Shown here: positions 9,219 to 18,176 of the stretch, in pieces
How positions within the stretch are numbered: position 1 is the stretch's first letter
How the letters are laid out: each line of letters begins with the position of its first letter
NCBI GenBank assembly: GCA_041184525.1
Contig: JBEGJP010000317.1
Span: forward strand, 5,093-69,092
Length of the DNA stretch: 64,000 bases
Direction of reading: 5' to 3'
From: Pseudomonadota bacterium
GTDB taxonomy: Bacteria; Bdellovibrionota_B; Oligoflexia; Silvanigrellales; Silvanigrellaceae
Notes under the pieces: generated by a model
The model's input: the letters and a program-made list of their open reading frames with translations, nothing else
What the model was told of the DNA's origin: nothing
Database searches by the model: none
Program-made: the position numbers and the translations under genes

Positions 9219-9539
9219 ATGAAAAAGTCGACCGTCTCGACATCCCAACTCATCTCAACTGTTGCAGCCAACCACACTGAACTTCCTAAGAAGGTCACAA
9301 AAGAAGTCCTTCAGGAATTCCTGACCATGATCGAGCAGGAAGTTGTCAGCAACCACTCGAAAGTCCGTATCGACAAGGTCGGTATTCTGCAGGTCAAAGA
9401 GCGTGCAGCTCGCATGGGCCGCAACCCTCAGACGGGCGAAGAAATTCGCATTCCTGCATCTAAGAAGGTGACCTTCCGCGCTGCTAAGTCCCTCAAGGAC
9501 GCAGTCGGCGTGAAGCGTGCAACCAAGAAGAAGAAGTAA
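9219..9539 (+). CDS. hup: HU/IHF-family DNA-binding protein with a short basic tail
   Basis: The sequence MKKSTVSTSQLISTVA...RMGRNPQTGEEIRIPASKKVTFRAAKSLKDAV is a typical HU/IHF arm. AAGGAG lies upstream of ATG 9219. A terminator follows. Confidence 0.85.
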   Translation: MKKSTVSTSQLISTVAANHTELPKKVTKEVLQEFLTMIEQEVVSNHSKVRIDKVGILQVKERAARMGRNPQTGEEIRIPASKKVTFRAAKSLKDAVGVKRATKKKK

Positions 9540-9576
9540 TTAGAACCTAGGATAGCAAGTCCCTCTTGCAGATGTG

Positions 9577-9605
9577 AACCTCCCCTGTGCGGGAGGTTTT
9601 TTTTT
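9577..9605 (+). terminator. Rho-independent terminator after hup
   Basis: The stem CCTCCC (9579-9584) pairs with GGGAGG (9591-9596) around a 6-nt loop. A run of 9 T follows (9597-9605). Confidence 0.8.
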
Positions 9606-10171
9606 GTCTGCAATCGAATTTCGCGGCAAAGGAGCTCAGGGGGAGAGGGTGCGAAGTCAGTCCTGATCCTTGCGCATCGCCGCCTCGGTTCCCGTGCGAT
9701 CGGTCTTCATCGCCGCACTGCAAAGCGTCGACACACTCCAGAGGACATTCAGAAGATGAACTATGAGTCTTGTCTGAGCTGATGTCATGCTCAGGGTGCG
9801 CAGCGGTGTCGGTGTGTGAATTTGGATTTGTTTATTTACCGCTGCGGAGGAGCGGCACGTCTTGCCTCGTCCACGATGTGTCTCCGCACTTGTCTCTTCC
9901 TTTGCGATCTTGAAAACAGGATCCTCGACTCTGCCGACATCCATTTCGATCGGATCGCGATTGAAGTCGATACGAAAACTTTTCTCGCGTTCGAGTGTGT
10001 GAGTTGTTGTTGTGAATAAATAACAAATTCGATTTGTGTAATGCATGTTGATGCTTCCCGATGTGATGCGAGTCGACACATTGACGTGCTTCGAGATCGA
10101 AAAGAATTGTCCGACGTCTTTACAGATAAAAAATTGAGAGCTACATTTTTCTTAAAATGGAGGTCTCAGAT

Positions 10172-11038
10172 ATGGTTACGAAGAAAGGTGCGAAAAAGTC
10201 CGCTACGAAACCTGCTGCCAAGAAAGCTGGAGCAAAGAAAGCTGCAGTGAAGAAGGCTGGCACCAAGAAGGTTGCTGCTAAGAAGAAGCCAGCTGCCAAG
10301 AAGAAGGTTGCTGCTAAGAAGACTGCAGTGAAGAAAACAGCTGCGAAGAAGCCAGCTGCTAAGAAAGCTGCTCCTAAGAAGGCAGCTGCGAAGAAGCCTG
10401 CAGCCAAGAAGACAGTGAAGAAGGCTGCTGCCAAGAAAGCTGCTCCTAAGAAGGCAGCTGCGAAGAAGACTGCTGCTAAGAAGCCTGCAGCGCGCCGCGC
10501 TAAGGCTGCTCCTGCTGCAGCTCCAGCTGCCAGCGAAGGTGGCGAGCCCTCCGAGCCCGACGGCGAATCCGGCTTACTTCCCTCTCCATACATGGCACCG
10601 AAGGTTGTCGGTCGCGTGAATGGAGAGGTGTTCGACTCCCGCGCTCTCAAGGGCAAATGGACGGTCCTTTATTTTTACCCGAAGGACATGACTCCCGGAT
10701 GCACCATTGAGGCGAAGGATTTCCAAGCTCTCGGCCGTCAGTATCAACAGCAGGATGCGGTTGTGATTGGTGTGAGCAAGGATTCCTGCCAGAGTCATAG
10801 CAAGTTTGCACAGAAGGAAGGTTTGTCTTTCCTGCTTTTGTCCGATGAGGACACCGATCTGTGTGAACGCTTTGGAGTTTGGAAGGAAAAGAGCATGTAC
10901 GGCAAAAAGTTCATGGGGATTGAACGTTCGACATTCCTCATCAACCCTGAGGGCAAGGTGATCGCTCACTGGCCCAAGGTGAAGGTCGATGGGCATGCGC
11001 AACAGGTGCTGACAGCTCTCAAAAAAGTACGCGGATGA
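10172..11038 (+). CDS. bcp: Histone-H1-like K/A-rich domain fused to peroxiredoxin Bcp (thiol peroxidase)
   Basis: The N-terminal ~115 aa are AKKA/PAAKK repeats, followed by an acidic linker (SEGGEPSEPDGESG) and a Bcp domain (KGKWTVLYFYPKDMTPGCTIEAKDF...STFLINPEGKV). GGAGG lies 8 nt before ATG 10172; the track start 10157 is also possible. Confidence 0.85.
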   Translation: MVTKKGAKKSATKPAAKKAGAKKAAVKKAGTKKVAAKKKPAAKKKVAAKKTAVKKTAAKKPAAKKAAPKKAAAKKPAAKKTVKKAAAKKAAPKKAAAKKTAAKKPAARRAKAAPAAAPAASEGGEPSEPDGESGLLPSPYMAPKVVGRVNGEVFDSRALKGKWTVLYFYPKDMTPGCTIEAKDFQALGRQYQQQDAVVIGVSKDSCQSHSKFAQKEGLSFLLLSDEDTDLCERFGVWKEKSMYGKKFMGIERSTFLINPEGKVIAHWPKVKVDGHAQQVLTALKKVRG

Positions 11039-11058
11039 TCCCTGAGCTCTGCGTATAG

Positions 11059-11093
11059 AAAAAGCCACGGAGACGGTCCGTGGCTTTTTTTTT
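11059..11093. terminator. Hairpin terminator between convergent bcp and sdhB, plausibly bidirectional
   Basis: The stem GCCACGG (11064-11070) pairs with CCGTGGC (11078-11084). It is flanked by A5 upstream and T9 downstream. Confidence 0.75.
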
Positions 11094-11162
11094 GGAGTCG
11101 TTTTTTTCCGCTTCTCCTCTTGTCTCGCGCGACAGAGGTCAATTCTGAGCGTGCTCAGCGGA

Positions 11163-11960
11163 TCAATCTTCCAATGTTTGTTTCCGCTCTCTGCCAAACA
11201 GCATGGCGCGCCCAAATTCTCGGTTCAAACGGGCAATGTTTTCCACTTTGATTTCTTTCGGACAGGCCGCAGCACACGATCCCATGTTGGTGCAGCTTCC
11301 GAAGTCTTCTTCGTCCATTTGCCAGACCATTCTCGACACACGCCGCTCGCGTTCAGCTTGGCCTTGGGGAAGAAGAGAAAATTGCGACACCTTGGCCGAA
11401 ACGAAAAGCATTGCAGAGCCATTGCGGCAGGCCGCGACACACGCACCGCACTGGATACACGCTGCGGCATCCATGGCCAGATCGGCAATTTCTTTCGCAA
11501 TCGGAAGCGCATTGCCGTCAGGCGCATTGCCCGTGTTGACGGTGATATAGCCTCCGGCAGCCTGAATGCGATCGAGAGCAGTGCGGTCGGTCACGAGGTC
11601 TTTCACAACGGGAAACGCTTTTGCACGGAATGGTTCAACGACGATGGTGTCGCCGTCATTGAATGTGCGCATGTGCAGCTGGCACGTCGTGGTGCCCGTT
11701 TGAGGGCCATGGGGTTCGCCATCAATCACCATCGCGCAGGATCCGCAAATCCCTTCGCGGCAGTCGTGTGCGAAGGCAATCGGCTCTTCGCCTTTGTGCA
11801 CCAGCTGTTCGTTCAGGACGTCGATCATCTCAAGAAAAGACATATCGGGGCTGACGGTATCCAACGCGTAATCCACCAGCCGACCTTCGGATGTTTTGTC
11901 TTTCTGGCGCCACACTTTGAGTTGGATGCGCATGGTGCGTGAGTTGTTGTTTCCAGCCAT
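11163..11960 (-). CDS. sdhB: Succinate dehydrogenase / fumarate reductase iron-sulfur subunit
   Basis: Fe-S cluster motifs [22 protein letters not shown] and [12 protein letters not shown] are present. The ATG at 11960 is preceded by AAGGAG. The longer track ORF overlaps sdhA. Confidence 0.9.
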   Translation of the reverse strand: MAGNNNSRTMRIQLKVWRQKDKTSEGRLVDYALDTVSPDMSFLEMIDVLNEQLVHKGEEPIAFAHDCREGICGSCAMVIDGEPHGPQTGTTTCQLHMRTFNDGDTIVVEPFRAKAFPVVKDLVTDRTALDRIQAAGGYITVNTGNAPDGNALPIAKEIADLAMDAAACIQCGACVAACRNGSAMLFVSAKVSQFSLLPQGQAERERRVSRMVWQMDEEDFGSCTNMGSCAAACPKEIKVENIARLNREFGRAMLFGRERKQTLED

Positions 11961-11976
11961 GAGAATCGCTCCTTGG

Positions 11977-13890
11977 TTATTTGTAGCTGCGGGTCGCCAG
12001 CTTGACGTTTTCAAATGCCAGCGGTTCGGTGTGACGTTGGGGTGCCTGACCCTGTCCTTTGTGTTCCCACACGGCGACGTGACAGAAGTTCTCGTCATCA
12101 CGCTGAGCTTCGTTCTCAGGTGTCTGGTATTCACTGCGGAAGTGACCGCCGCACGACTCGCGCCTTTCCAGAGCATCGCGCGCCATGAGTTCACCCAGTT
12201 CGATGAAGTCGGCCACACGACCCGCCTTTTCCAGTTCCTGATTCAATGTGGCAGCATCACCGGGAATGCGCAGGTCGCTCCAGAATTCGTCTCTGAGTTT
12301 GGGAATTTCGGTGAGCAGCTTTTTCAGACTGTCTTCACTTCTCTGCATGCCGCAGTGCTCCCACATCAGCTTGCCCAATTTTCTGTGAAGTTCGTCAGCC
12401 GTCTTGTTCCCTTTGAGATTCATCATCCGCGAGATGTCTGCTTCGACTTCGGCCTTGGCGCTCTTGAAGGCGTCATGGTTTGTGTCGATCTTGTCCAGCT
12501 TGGCGGATCCCAAGTAGTGGGCGAGTGTTGTGGGAATGACGAAGTAGCCGTCGGCGAGGCCTTGCATGAGTGCAGACGCTCCCAGACGATTTGCACCGTG
12601 GTCGGAGAAGTTGGCTTCACCCAATACGTGCAGTCCGGGGATCGTGGATTGCAGATTGTAGTCCACCCAAAGGCCACCCATCGTGTAGTGCACCGCAGGA
12701 TAAATGCGCATCGGCACATGGTAGGGATCGTCGCCCGTGATTTTTTCATACATTTGGAAAAGGTTGCCGTACTTGCCTTCAATCACAGCGCGTCCGTCGC
12801 GTTTGATGGCCGCTGCGAAGTCGAGGTACACGGCCAGCTTTGTTCCGCCCACGCCGCGGCCTTCGTCGCAGACGAATTTCGCTTGACGGGAGGCAATATC
12901 GCGGGGTGCGAGGTTGCCGAAGCTGGGATAGATCCGTTCAAGATAGTAGTCGCGTTCATCCTCGGGAATTTGATCGGGCGAACGGCTGTCATTTCCATTT
13001 TTGGGAACCCACACGCGTCCGTCGTTGCGCAGCGATTCTGACATGAGTGTCAGCTTGCTTTGGTAGTCGCCGGAAACAGGGATACAGGTGGGGTGAATTT
13101 GCGTGAAACAAGGGTTTCCAAACGCCGCACCACGTTTGTGTGCACGCCAGATGGCGGTTGCGTTCGACCATTTTGCGTTGGTTGAGAGATAAAACACGTT
13201 CCCGTAGCCGCCGGTTGCAAGGATCACGGCATCGGCTGCGTGTGATTCAATTTCTCCCGTCAGGACGTTGCGGCAAATCACACCGCGAGCCTTTCCATCG
13301 ACGAGCACAAGGTCGAGCATTTCACGGAAATTGAGAAGTTCGACTTTTTTGTTGTCGACTTGTCGCATCATGGCTGAGTACGCACCGAGCAGAAGCTGCT
13401 GGCCTGTTTGACCGCGGGCGTAGAATGTACGCGACACCTGAGCCCCACCGAAACTCCGGTTGGCAAGGAGTCCACCATATTCACGTGCAAACGGCACTCC
13501 CAGTGCCACACAGTGGTCGATGATTTTCACAGAGTTCTGCGCGAGGCGATACACGTTGGCCTCGCGGGCACGGAAGTCACCGCCTTTGATGGTGTCGTAA
13601 AACAGCCGGTACACAGAGTCGCCGTCGTTCTGGTAATTCTTGGCCGCGTTGATCCCGCCCTGTGCAGCAATCGAGTGGGCTCTGCGCGGTGAGTCGTGGA
13701 TGCAGAGCGTTTTAACGTTGTATCCGAGTTCTGCCAGCGAGGCGGAGGCCGAAGCGCCCGCCAATCCCGAACCGACGACGATCACGTTGAACTTGCGCCT
13801 GTTGGCGGGGTTCACCAGTTTCGATTCGAATTGATGTTGGGTCCATTTTTCTGAAATAGGACCGCTTGGAATTTTTGAATCGAGTTTCAT
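11977..13890 (-). CDS. sdhA: Succinate dehydrogenase / fumarate reductase flavoprotein subunit
   Basis: The FAD-binding motif [12 protein letters not shown] and [14 protein letters not shown] (covalent FAD His) are present. At 637 aa it has the typical type-B length. Confidence 0.92.
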   Translation of the reverse strand: MKLDSKIPSGPISEKWTQHQFESKLVNPANRRKFNVIVVGSGLAGASASASLAELGYNVKTLCIHDSPRRAHSIAAQGGINAAKNYQNDGDSVYRLFYDTIKGGDFRAREANVYRLAQNSVKIIDHCVALGVPFAREYGGLLANRSFGGAQVSRTFYARGQTGQQLLLGAYSAMMRQVDNKKVELLNFREMLDLVLVDGKARGVICRNVLTGEIESHAADAVILATGGYGNVFYLSTNAKWSNATAIWRAHKRGAAFGNPCFTQIHPTCIPVSGDYQSKLTLMSESLRNDGRVWVPKNGNDSRSPDQIPEDERDYYLERIYPSFGNLAPRDIASRQAKFVCDEGRGVGGTKLAVYLDFAAAIKRDGRAVIEGKYGNLFQMYEKITGDDPYHVPMRIYPAVHYTMGGLWVDYNLQSTIPGLHVLGEANFSDHGANRLGASALMQGLADGYFVIPTTLAHYLGSAKLDKIDTNHDAFKSAKAEVEADISRMMNLKGNKTADELHRKLGKLMWEHCGMQRSEDSLKKLLTEIPKLRDEFWSDLRIPGDAATLNQELEKAGRVADFIELGELMARDALERRESCGGHFRSEYQTPENEAQRDDENFCHVAVWEHKGQGQAPQRHTEPLAFENVKLATRSYK

Positions 13891-13894
13891 GCCA

Positions 13895-14566
13895 TCACCC
13901 CTTCACGAAGAACACGTAGAGAGGGACTGCCAGAAAACCGGCAGCCACCACAACGGAATAAGCCCAGCCAAAACCTTTGATCGCGTTATTGAACTTCGGG
14001 TGGTTGAGGCCGAGGGTCTGAAAGCTGGAAGAGACTCCGTGATACAAATGCAGACCGACGAGAATGAGGCAAAAAGAGTACCAGACCACATATCCGGGCT
14101 GCGCGAAGCATTCCACAACAAGCTTGTAAACGTCACGCATCGCCGTGCCGTCGACCGTGGTTTCATAGAAAGCACCGTACTTGAATGTCACGAGGTGCAA
14201 GATCAGAAAGACCAGCGTGATGGAACCCGACCAAATCATGCTCTTCGACGACAACGAAGCGCCTTTGGCTGACTTGGGAGTGACCGCGTAGAGCGCAGGC
14301 TTGGTCCGCAGGTTTCTCATTTTCAAACTGATTCCCGTGCTCGCATGAGCGCCGATGAAAATCACAAGTGCTGCTTCCGCAAGGTAAATGAGAGGATTGC
14401 TGATCAGTTTGTAGCTGTAGGCATTGTAGGTGTCGGGCCCGGCGAAAATGAGAAGGTTGCCAAGCATGTGTGTCAGAACGAAAAGTGTCCAGACAAGCCC
14501 GCTGATCGACATGATATACTTGCGGCCAATCGTACTGCTCAAATACCGCAGGATTCCCTGACTCAT
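13895..14566 (-). CDS. sdhC: Succinate dehydrogenase cytochrome b subunit (single large membrane anchor, type B)
   Basis: It has about 5 hydrophobic helices with conserved His residues ([24 protein letters not shown]) and sits first in an sdhCAB arrangement. The ATG at 14566 is preceded by GGAGGAG. Confidence 0.75.
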   Translation of the reverse strand: MSQGILRYLSSTIGRKYIMSISGLVWTLFVLTHMLGNLLIFAGPDTYNAYSYKLISNPLIYLAEAALVIFIGAHASTGISLKMRNLRTKPALYAVTPKSAKGASLSSKSMIWSGSITLVFLILHLVTFKYGAFYETTVDGTAMRDVYKLVVECFAQPGYVVWYSFCLILVGLHLYHGVSSSFQTLGLNHPKFNNAIKGFGWAYSVVVAAGFLAVPLYVFFVKG

Positions 14567-14769
14567 GTGGGAAGTCTCCTCCAGGAACAAAAGAATAGAT
14601 TTGAAAATCGACACAACCGAGCGTCTCGCGTTGAGACGCCCAGAGCAAGTCAATCTTCTGAACTTTCAATGCATTGTCTTATTGTGTTGAACCAAAACGG
14701 CACCTGAATTCGAAATCAGCAAGATTTTATTTGATTTGTATCAAGTCCGAGTTCGTTTTTCGATCAAGT

Positions 14770-15072
14770 TTACAAGGTGCAGACTGCGCCTTCCTTTTCC
14801 ATGACCCGAGCAAGTCGTGCGGTGATGTCAGCCTTGAGGGGGCGGTGGGTGAGAGCCACTTTTTCGCTCAGGAGGCTCGCTTTGAAGCCTTCGGTCGTCG
14901 TCTCGATTTTATACTTGAGCTCAGTCGTGCCCAGCTTCGAAAAGACGACGAGCAGCTCTGTTCCCTGAAGTTTGAAACGGGTGATGTCGCCGAGGTCGCG
15001 ACCTGCGAGAGCGGTTTCGATCTTTTTGATGAAATCTTGAATGGAGTGAGTATGGGTTTCAAAGCCTTTCAT
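14770..15072 (-). CDS. Small conserved hypothetical protein (100 aa)
   Basis: The ATG overlaps the stop of the upstream M16 gene (ATGA at 15069-15072). The sequence is mixed alpha/beta-like with no low complexity. Confidence 0.55.
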   Translation of the reverse strand: MKGFETHTHSIQDFIKKIETALAGRDLGDITRFKLQGTELLVVFSKLGTTELKYKIETTTEGFKASLLSEKVALTHRPLKADITARLARVMEKEGAVCTL

Positions 15073-16724
15073 TTGGGTCCTCCGTCCACCAATTCTTTGA
15101 CCAGATCTTCGAATGCGACAACTTTGCTGATTTCGACGTTGGGAAGGGCACGCAATTCCGACAAAACGGCGTCACTCGGATTTCCCATCATCACCAGCAC
15201 GGGAACAGTCCCTGCTTTGATTTGCGAAAAGAGGAGATCGTTGATGACGGTGAGATCTTTTTCCTGTTCGAGTCGCACAAGGTAGCTCTCGAGGCCCAAA
15301 GGCTGAGGCAGCACCTTGGATTGGATGTCATCGAGAAATTCGTCGACCTTGTCGAAGACCGTTTGCTCTGTCGCCAAGGTGGTGTTGATTTTGGCGATCC
15401 GGGCATTGTCCAGTTCTTCTTGAGTGATTCCGCGGCTTGCGAATGTCTCCCACGTTTTGCAGGCCAATTGAACGGCTTCGACCAATCGTTCATTGGGACT
15501 CTGGAAATTCATTCTCCAGACACCCGTGTTGGTGTTGGGTTCAATTGCTTCCGGATCGAACGTGGCATAGGGACCGTAGGAAATTCCTGAGTCACCGCGC
15601 ATCGCTTTGGAAAAGCGGTCGTTGCCGATCACCCCACCGGAGGCACTGAAAACCTCGCGCAGGAGAGTCATGCGCGTTCTTTCGATGCGATTCATTTTTC
15701 CGATGTTGGGCAAATAGTAGCGGAGGGTCAGATTGGCTTGGCTGAGATCGGGTTTGCGGATGATGGCAAGCCTCAGTTTGTTGCTTTCGGGTGTTTTCAC
15801 CCGTTCCGGAAGCCACGTGTAGGTGACAGGCGTCAGCCTTGGGATTTTTCGCAGCAGTTGGAGAACGGATTGTTCTTGCTTGGCCGTGATATTTCCCGAG
15901 AGAACTGCGTTCAATCCGGTTCGGCTGATGAGGAGTCCTGCGATCTGACGGAGTTTCTCGGGCGTCACTTTGTCGAGTTCGGGCTTTGAAGTTCTTGCCA
16001 GAGCATGGGCAAAGTAGTGTTGCGAGCCAAAGGCAAGCCTAATGGCTTCTTGTTCGACAAAACGACCCTGTTTGCGGGAGTTGCCCCCATCAAGAAGGCT
16101 TTGGAACCCGTCTGCTTGTTCCATTTTCCAGATTTCGAGGGCATCGCGATCGAAACGGGGCCTCAAAAGCATGTCTTCGAGTGCGGCCAGAGCCAGCGGG
16201 AAATCGCTGTTGAGGACTTCCACCGACACTTGGAATTGACCGACAGATGAGATGCTTGTGGTCACTTGAATGCCGTTGTCAGCCAGCAGTTTCTGAAGCT
16301 CTTCATAATTGCGCGAGCCCGCTCCGCCTTGAAGAAACATGTCGACCGTGGCCGAGAGATTCGTTCGCAGTGCACGCGGAAGTGAGTACACACCTGTTTC
16401 GAAAAGCAGATCAATTCTGATTTTCTTTCCGGTTTCTCCAAAAATCGTGTAGAGCGCCGCACCGCCGTCCACTGCACTTCTGTTGTAATTCAGTGAGGGC
16501 CAGTTGATGCTGCGCCAGTTCAGAGGAACGGGTTTGCTGACAACCGCAGGGCGCTGGTTGTTCAATGAACCGGCGGCTCCGCCGGATTGAGCAAACGCTG
16601 CACCGGTCGGGCCCAGATTCATTGCCCCTGTGGCGGACACAACAGCCGCGCACCATGCGCTGCGCAAAACGAAGTGACGAACGAGACCAAACCGGACGCG
16701 ATGTGTCATGAGTGGGTCTTTCAT
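15069..16724 (-). CDS. M16-family peptidase-like protein lacking the HxxEH zinc motif (probable non-catalytic partner)
   Basis: It has a signal-peptide-like N-terminus and insulinase-like length and composition, but no HxxEH. It is ATGA-coupled to the upstream active M16 gene (16721-16724). Confidence 0.7.
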   Translation of the reverse strand: MKDPLMTHRVRFGLVRHFVLRSAWCAAVVSATGAMNLGPTGAAFAQSGGAAGSLNNQRPAVVSKPVPLNWRSINWPSLNYNRSAVDGGAALYTIFGETGKKIRIDLLFETGVYSLPRALRTNLSATVDMFLQGGAGSRNYEELQKLLADNGIQVTTSISSVGQFQVSVEVLNSDFPLALAALEDMLLRPRFDRDALEIWKMEQADGFQSLLDGGNSRKQGRFVEQEAIRLAFGSQHYFAHALARTSKPELDKVTPEKLRQIAGLLISRTGLNAVLSGNITAKQEQSVLQLLRKIPRLTPVTYTWLPERVKTPESNKLRLAIIRKPDLSQANLTLRYYLPNIGKMNRIERTRMTLLREVFSASGGVIGNDRFSKAMRGDSGISYGPYATFDPEAIEPNTNTGVWRMNFQSPNERLVEAVQLACKTWETFASRGITQEELDNARIAKINTTLATEQTVFDKVDEFLDDIQSKVLPQPLGLESYLVRLEQEKDLTVINDLLFSQIKAGTVPVLVMMGNPSDAVLSELRALPNVEISKVVAFEDLVKELVDGGPK

Positions 16725-18151
16725 TTGAGTGCCGTTTTTTCAAATTCAGAGCAGGGTGGGGTTTTGCCGGGAGCGGTGACACCCATTTGAACGGCTTTTT
16801 GCTTGGCAAACGCCTCTTTTCCCCACTTCTGGAATTCTTTGTCCGTCAGCGATTCGATGATTTTTCTTGTTTGCGACGAAATCTTAAAATCACCGTAAAA
16901 GAATTCGTTCCACTCATAGAACTCGACCAAGCTGGTCATCTTTTGCGCAACCTCGGCATCCTCGACTTCCTGCTTTTTTAGCATCACTTTCTTCAGCTCA
17001 GCCGTGATCGGACGCGCCAAGGCTTTGTCGAGTTCTTTGTAGAAGTAGTCACTCGCTGTCGCGAAACTCTGTTGCCGGTTGAGCTTGAACCACGCGACGT
17101 AAGGCTGAGAGCTCTTCTGCCAGACGGTTTTGTAGACGGTAAAAGCAGTCGCCAGTTTTTGCTTGGTCATCCGGCGTTGCATGGTTCCCTCCGGATCGTC
17201 ATCGAGCAGCTGCATCAGGATCTGTGTCAGAACCGAAGAGCGAAAGCTGGTGTCGTTGGATGGGAACAGGATGCTGTGTTGCTCTTCAAAGACATTTTCG
17301 CTGCACACGTAGGTTTTCGATGAACCTTTTGCTTCCGCCGGTTCGCCGAAGCGGGGGGCGTTGGATTTGACCTTGCCCGTCCAATCAGAAAAAGCATCGT
17401 TGATTTTTTTCAGTGCCGCTTCGACATTGAAAGGCCCGCCAAGGAAAAGTTGTGTGTTGTCGGGAGTGTAATATTCGCGATAGAAGCGTCGTGCTTCTTC
17501 AATCGACATTTGCTCCACGTCCTGCTTGGCTCCGATCGTCAGCCACTCATAGGGCGTATTCTTGTAAGCCGCTCTGCGGACGACTTCCATTCCGCGTTGC
17601 AGCGGGTCGTTTTCGTAGCGCAGGCGTCTTTCAGAGATCACAGCTCCCTTCTCGGTGGTGAAATAGGGATCCTGCAAATCGAGGAGTTTGAAACGCTGGG
17701 CTTCGAGCTCGAGCATTTTGTCGAGGGCCGGACCGGGAAAACTCGATTCGTAGACGACGTAGTCGGTGCTCGTTGCGGCGTTGCCACGTCCGCCCACGCC
17801 GGCAAGAATCCGATCGTAGTGCCCTTGTGGAGTGACTTGAGTCTTGCGGAACATCATGTGTTCAAAAAAGTGAGCTAAACCAGTGGTGCCAAGCCTCTCG
17901 CGGTTGCTTCCTGCATCGAGCTTGAGGCGGAGTGTGGCCAGAGGATTGCGGCTGTCGGGCAAAATCAGAACTTTGAGCCCATTGGCGAGTTTGAATTTGT
18001 AGACGGACGGTGTCCCTTCAATGGCCTGACCGCTTTCAACAAGAGTTGCCCCTTGCGGAAGAGCAATCGCGGCAGATGCTTTGTGGTGCAGAGCACCCAA
18101 GCACAGAAACAGTCCGCTCAAGTACGGACGCAGCTTCCAGCTGCTTTTCAT
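16721..18151 (-). CDS. M16-family zinc metallopeptidase (insulinase/pitrilysin-like)
   Basis: GLAHFFEHMMF supplies the HxxEH motif. The signal peptide is MKSSWKLRPYLSGLFLCLGALHHKASA. The ATG at 18151 is preceded by AGGAG. Confidence 0.85.
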   Translation of the reverse strand: MKSSWKLRPYLSGLFLCLGALHHKASAAIALPQGATLVESGQAIEGTPSVYKFKLANGLKVLILPDSRNPLATLRLKLDAGSNRERLGTTGLAHFFEHMMFRKTQVTPQGHYDRILAGVGGRGNAATSTDYVVYESSFPGPALDKMLELEAQRFKLLDLQDPYFTTEKGAVISERRLRYENDPLQRGMEVVRRAAYKNTPYEWLTIGAKQDVEQMSIEEARRFYREYYTPDNTQLFLGGPFNVEAALKKINDAFSDWTGKVKSNAPRFGEPAEAKGSSKTYVCSENVFEEQHSILFPSNDTSFRSSVLTQILMQLLDDDPEGTMQRRMTKQKLATAFTVYKTVWQKSSQPYVAWFKLNRQQSFATASDYFYKELDKALARPITAELKKVMLKKQEVEDAEVAQKMTSLVEFYEWNEFFYGDFKISSQTRKIIESLTDKEFQKWGKEAFAKQKAVQMGVTAPGKTPPCSEFEKTALK

Positions 18152-18176
18152 ACGTCCAATCTCCTGCCGGTGGCGT

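Noticed and set aside
9657-10081. Three overlapping minus-strand ORFs and one plus-strand ORF in the hup-bcp gap, considered as real genes.
   Set aside because: They exclude one another, lack SD motifs, and none reads as a coherent protein over its full length. I kept the region as an unexplained non-coding gap in the findings rather than annotating a CDS.
10141-10656. The 171-aa minus-strand ORF full of FLAAAFFAAGF repeats. The same pattern occurs at 38328..38753 and partly at 8143..8764.
   Set aside because: These are the reverse-complement reading of the AAGAAGGCTGCT-type lysine/alanine repeats. The plus-strand frames continue into a bona fide Bcp domain or carry good RBS and ATG signals. 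The hydrophobic antisense products are a compositional mirror image.
11151-13041. Plus-strand ORFs of 263 and 381 aa (11151..11942, 11896..13041) antisense to sdhB and sdhA. Similar long antisense ORFs occur opposite motA/prodh (28412..29134), Ctp, TruB and NusA.
   Set aside because: The cause is the same in-register antisense effect as for valS. The opposite strand carries unambiguous Fe-S, flavoprotein and other signatures, and the antisense translations have no motifs.
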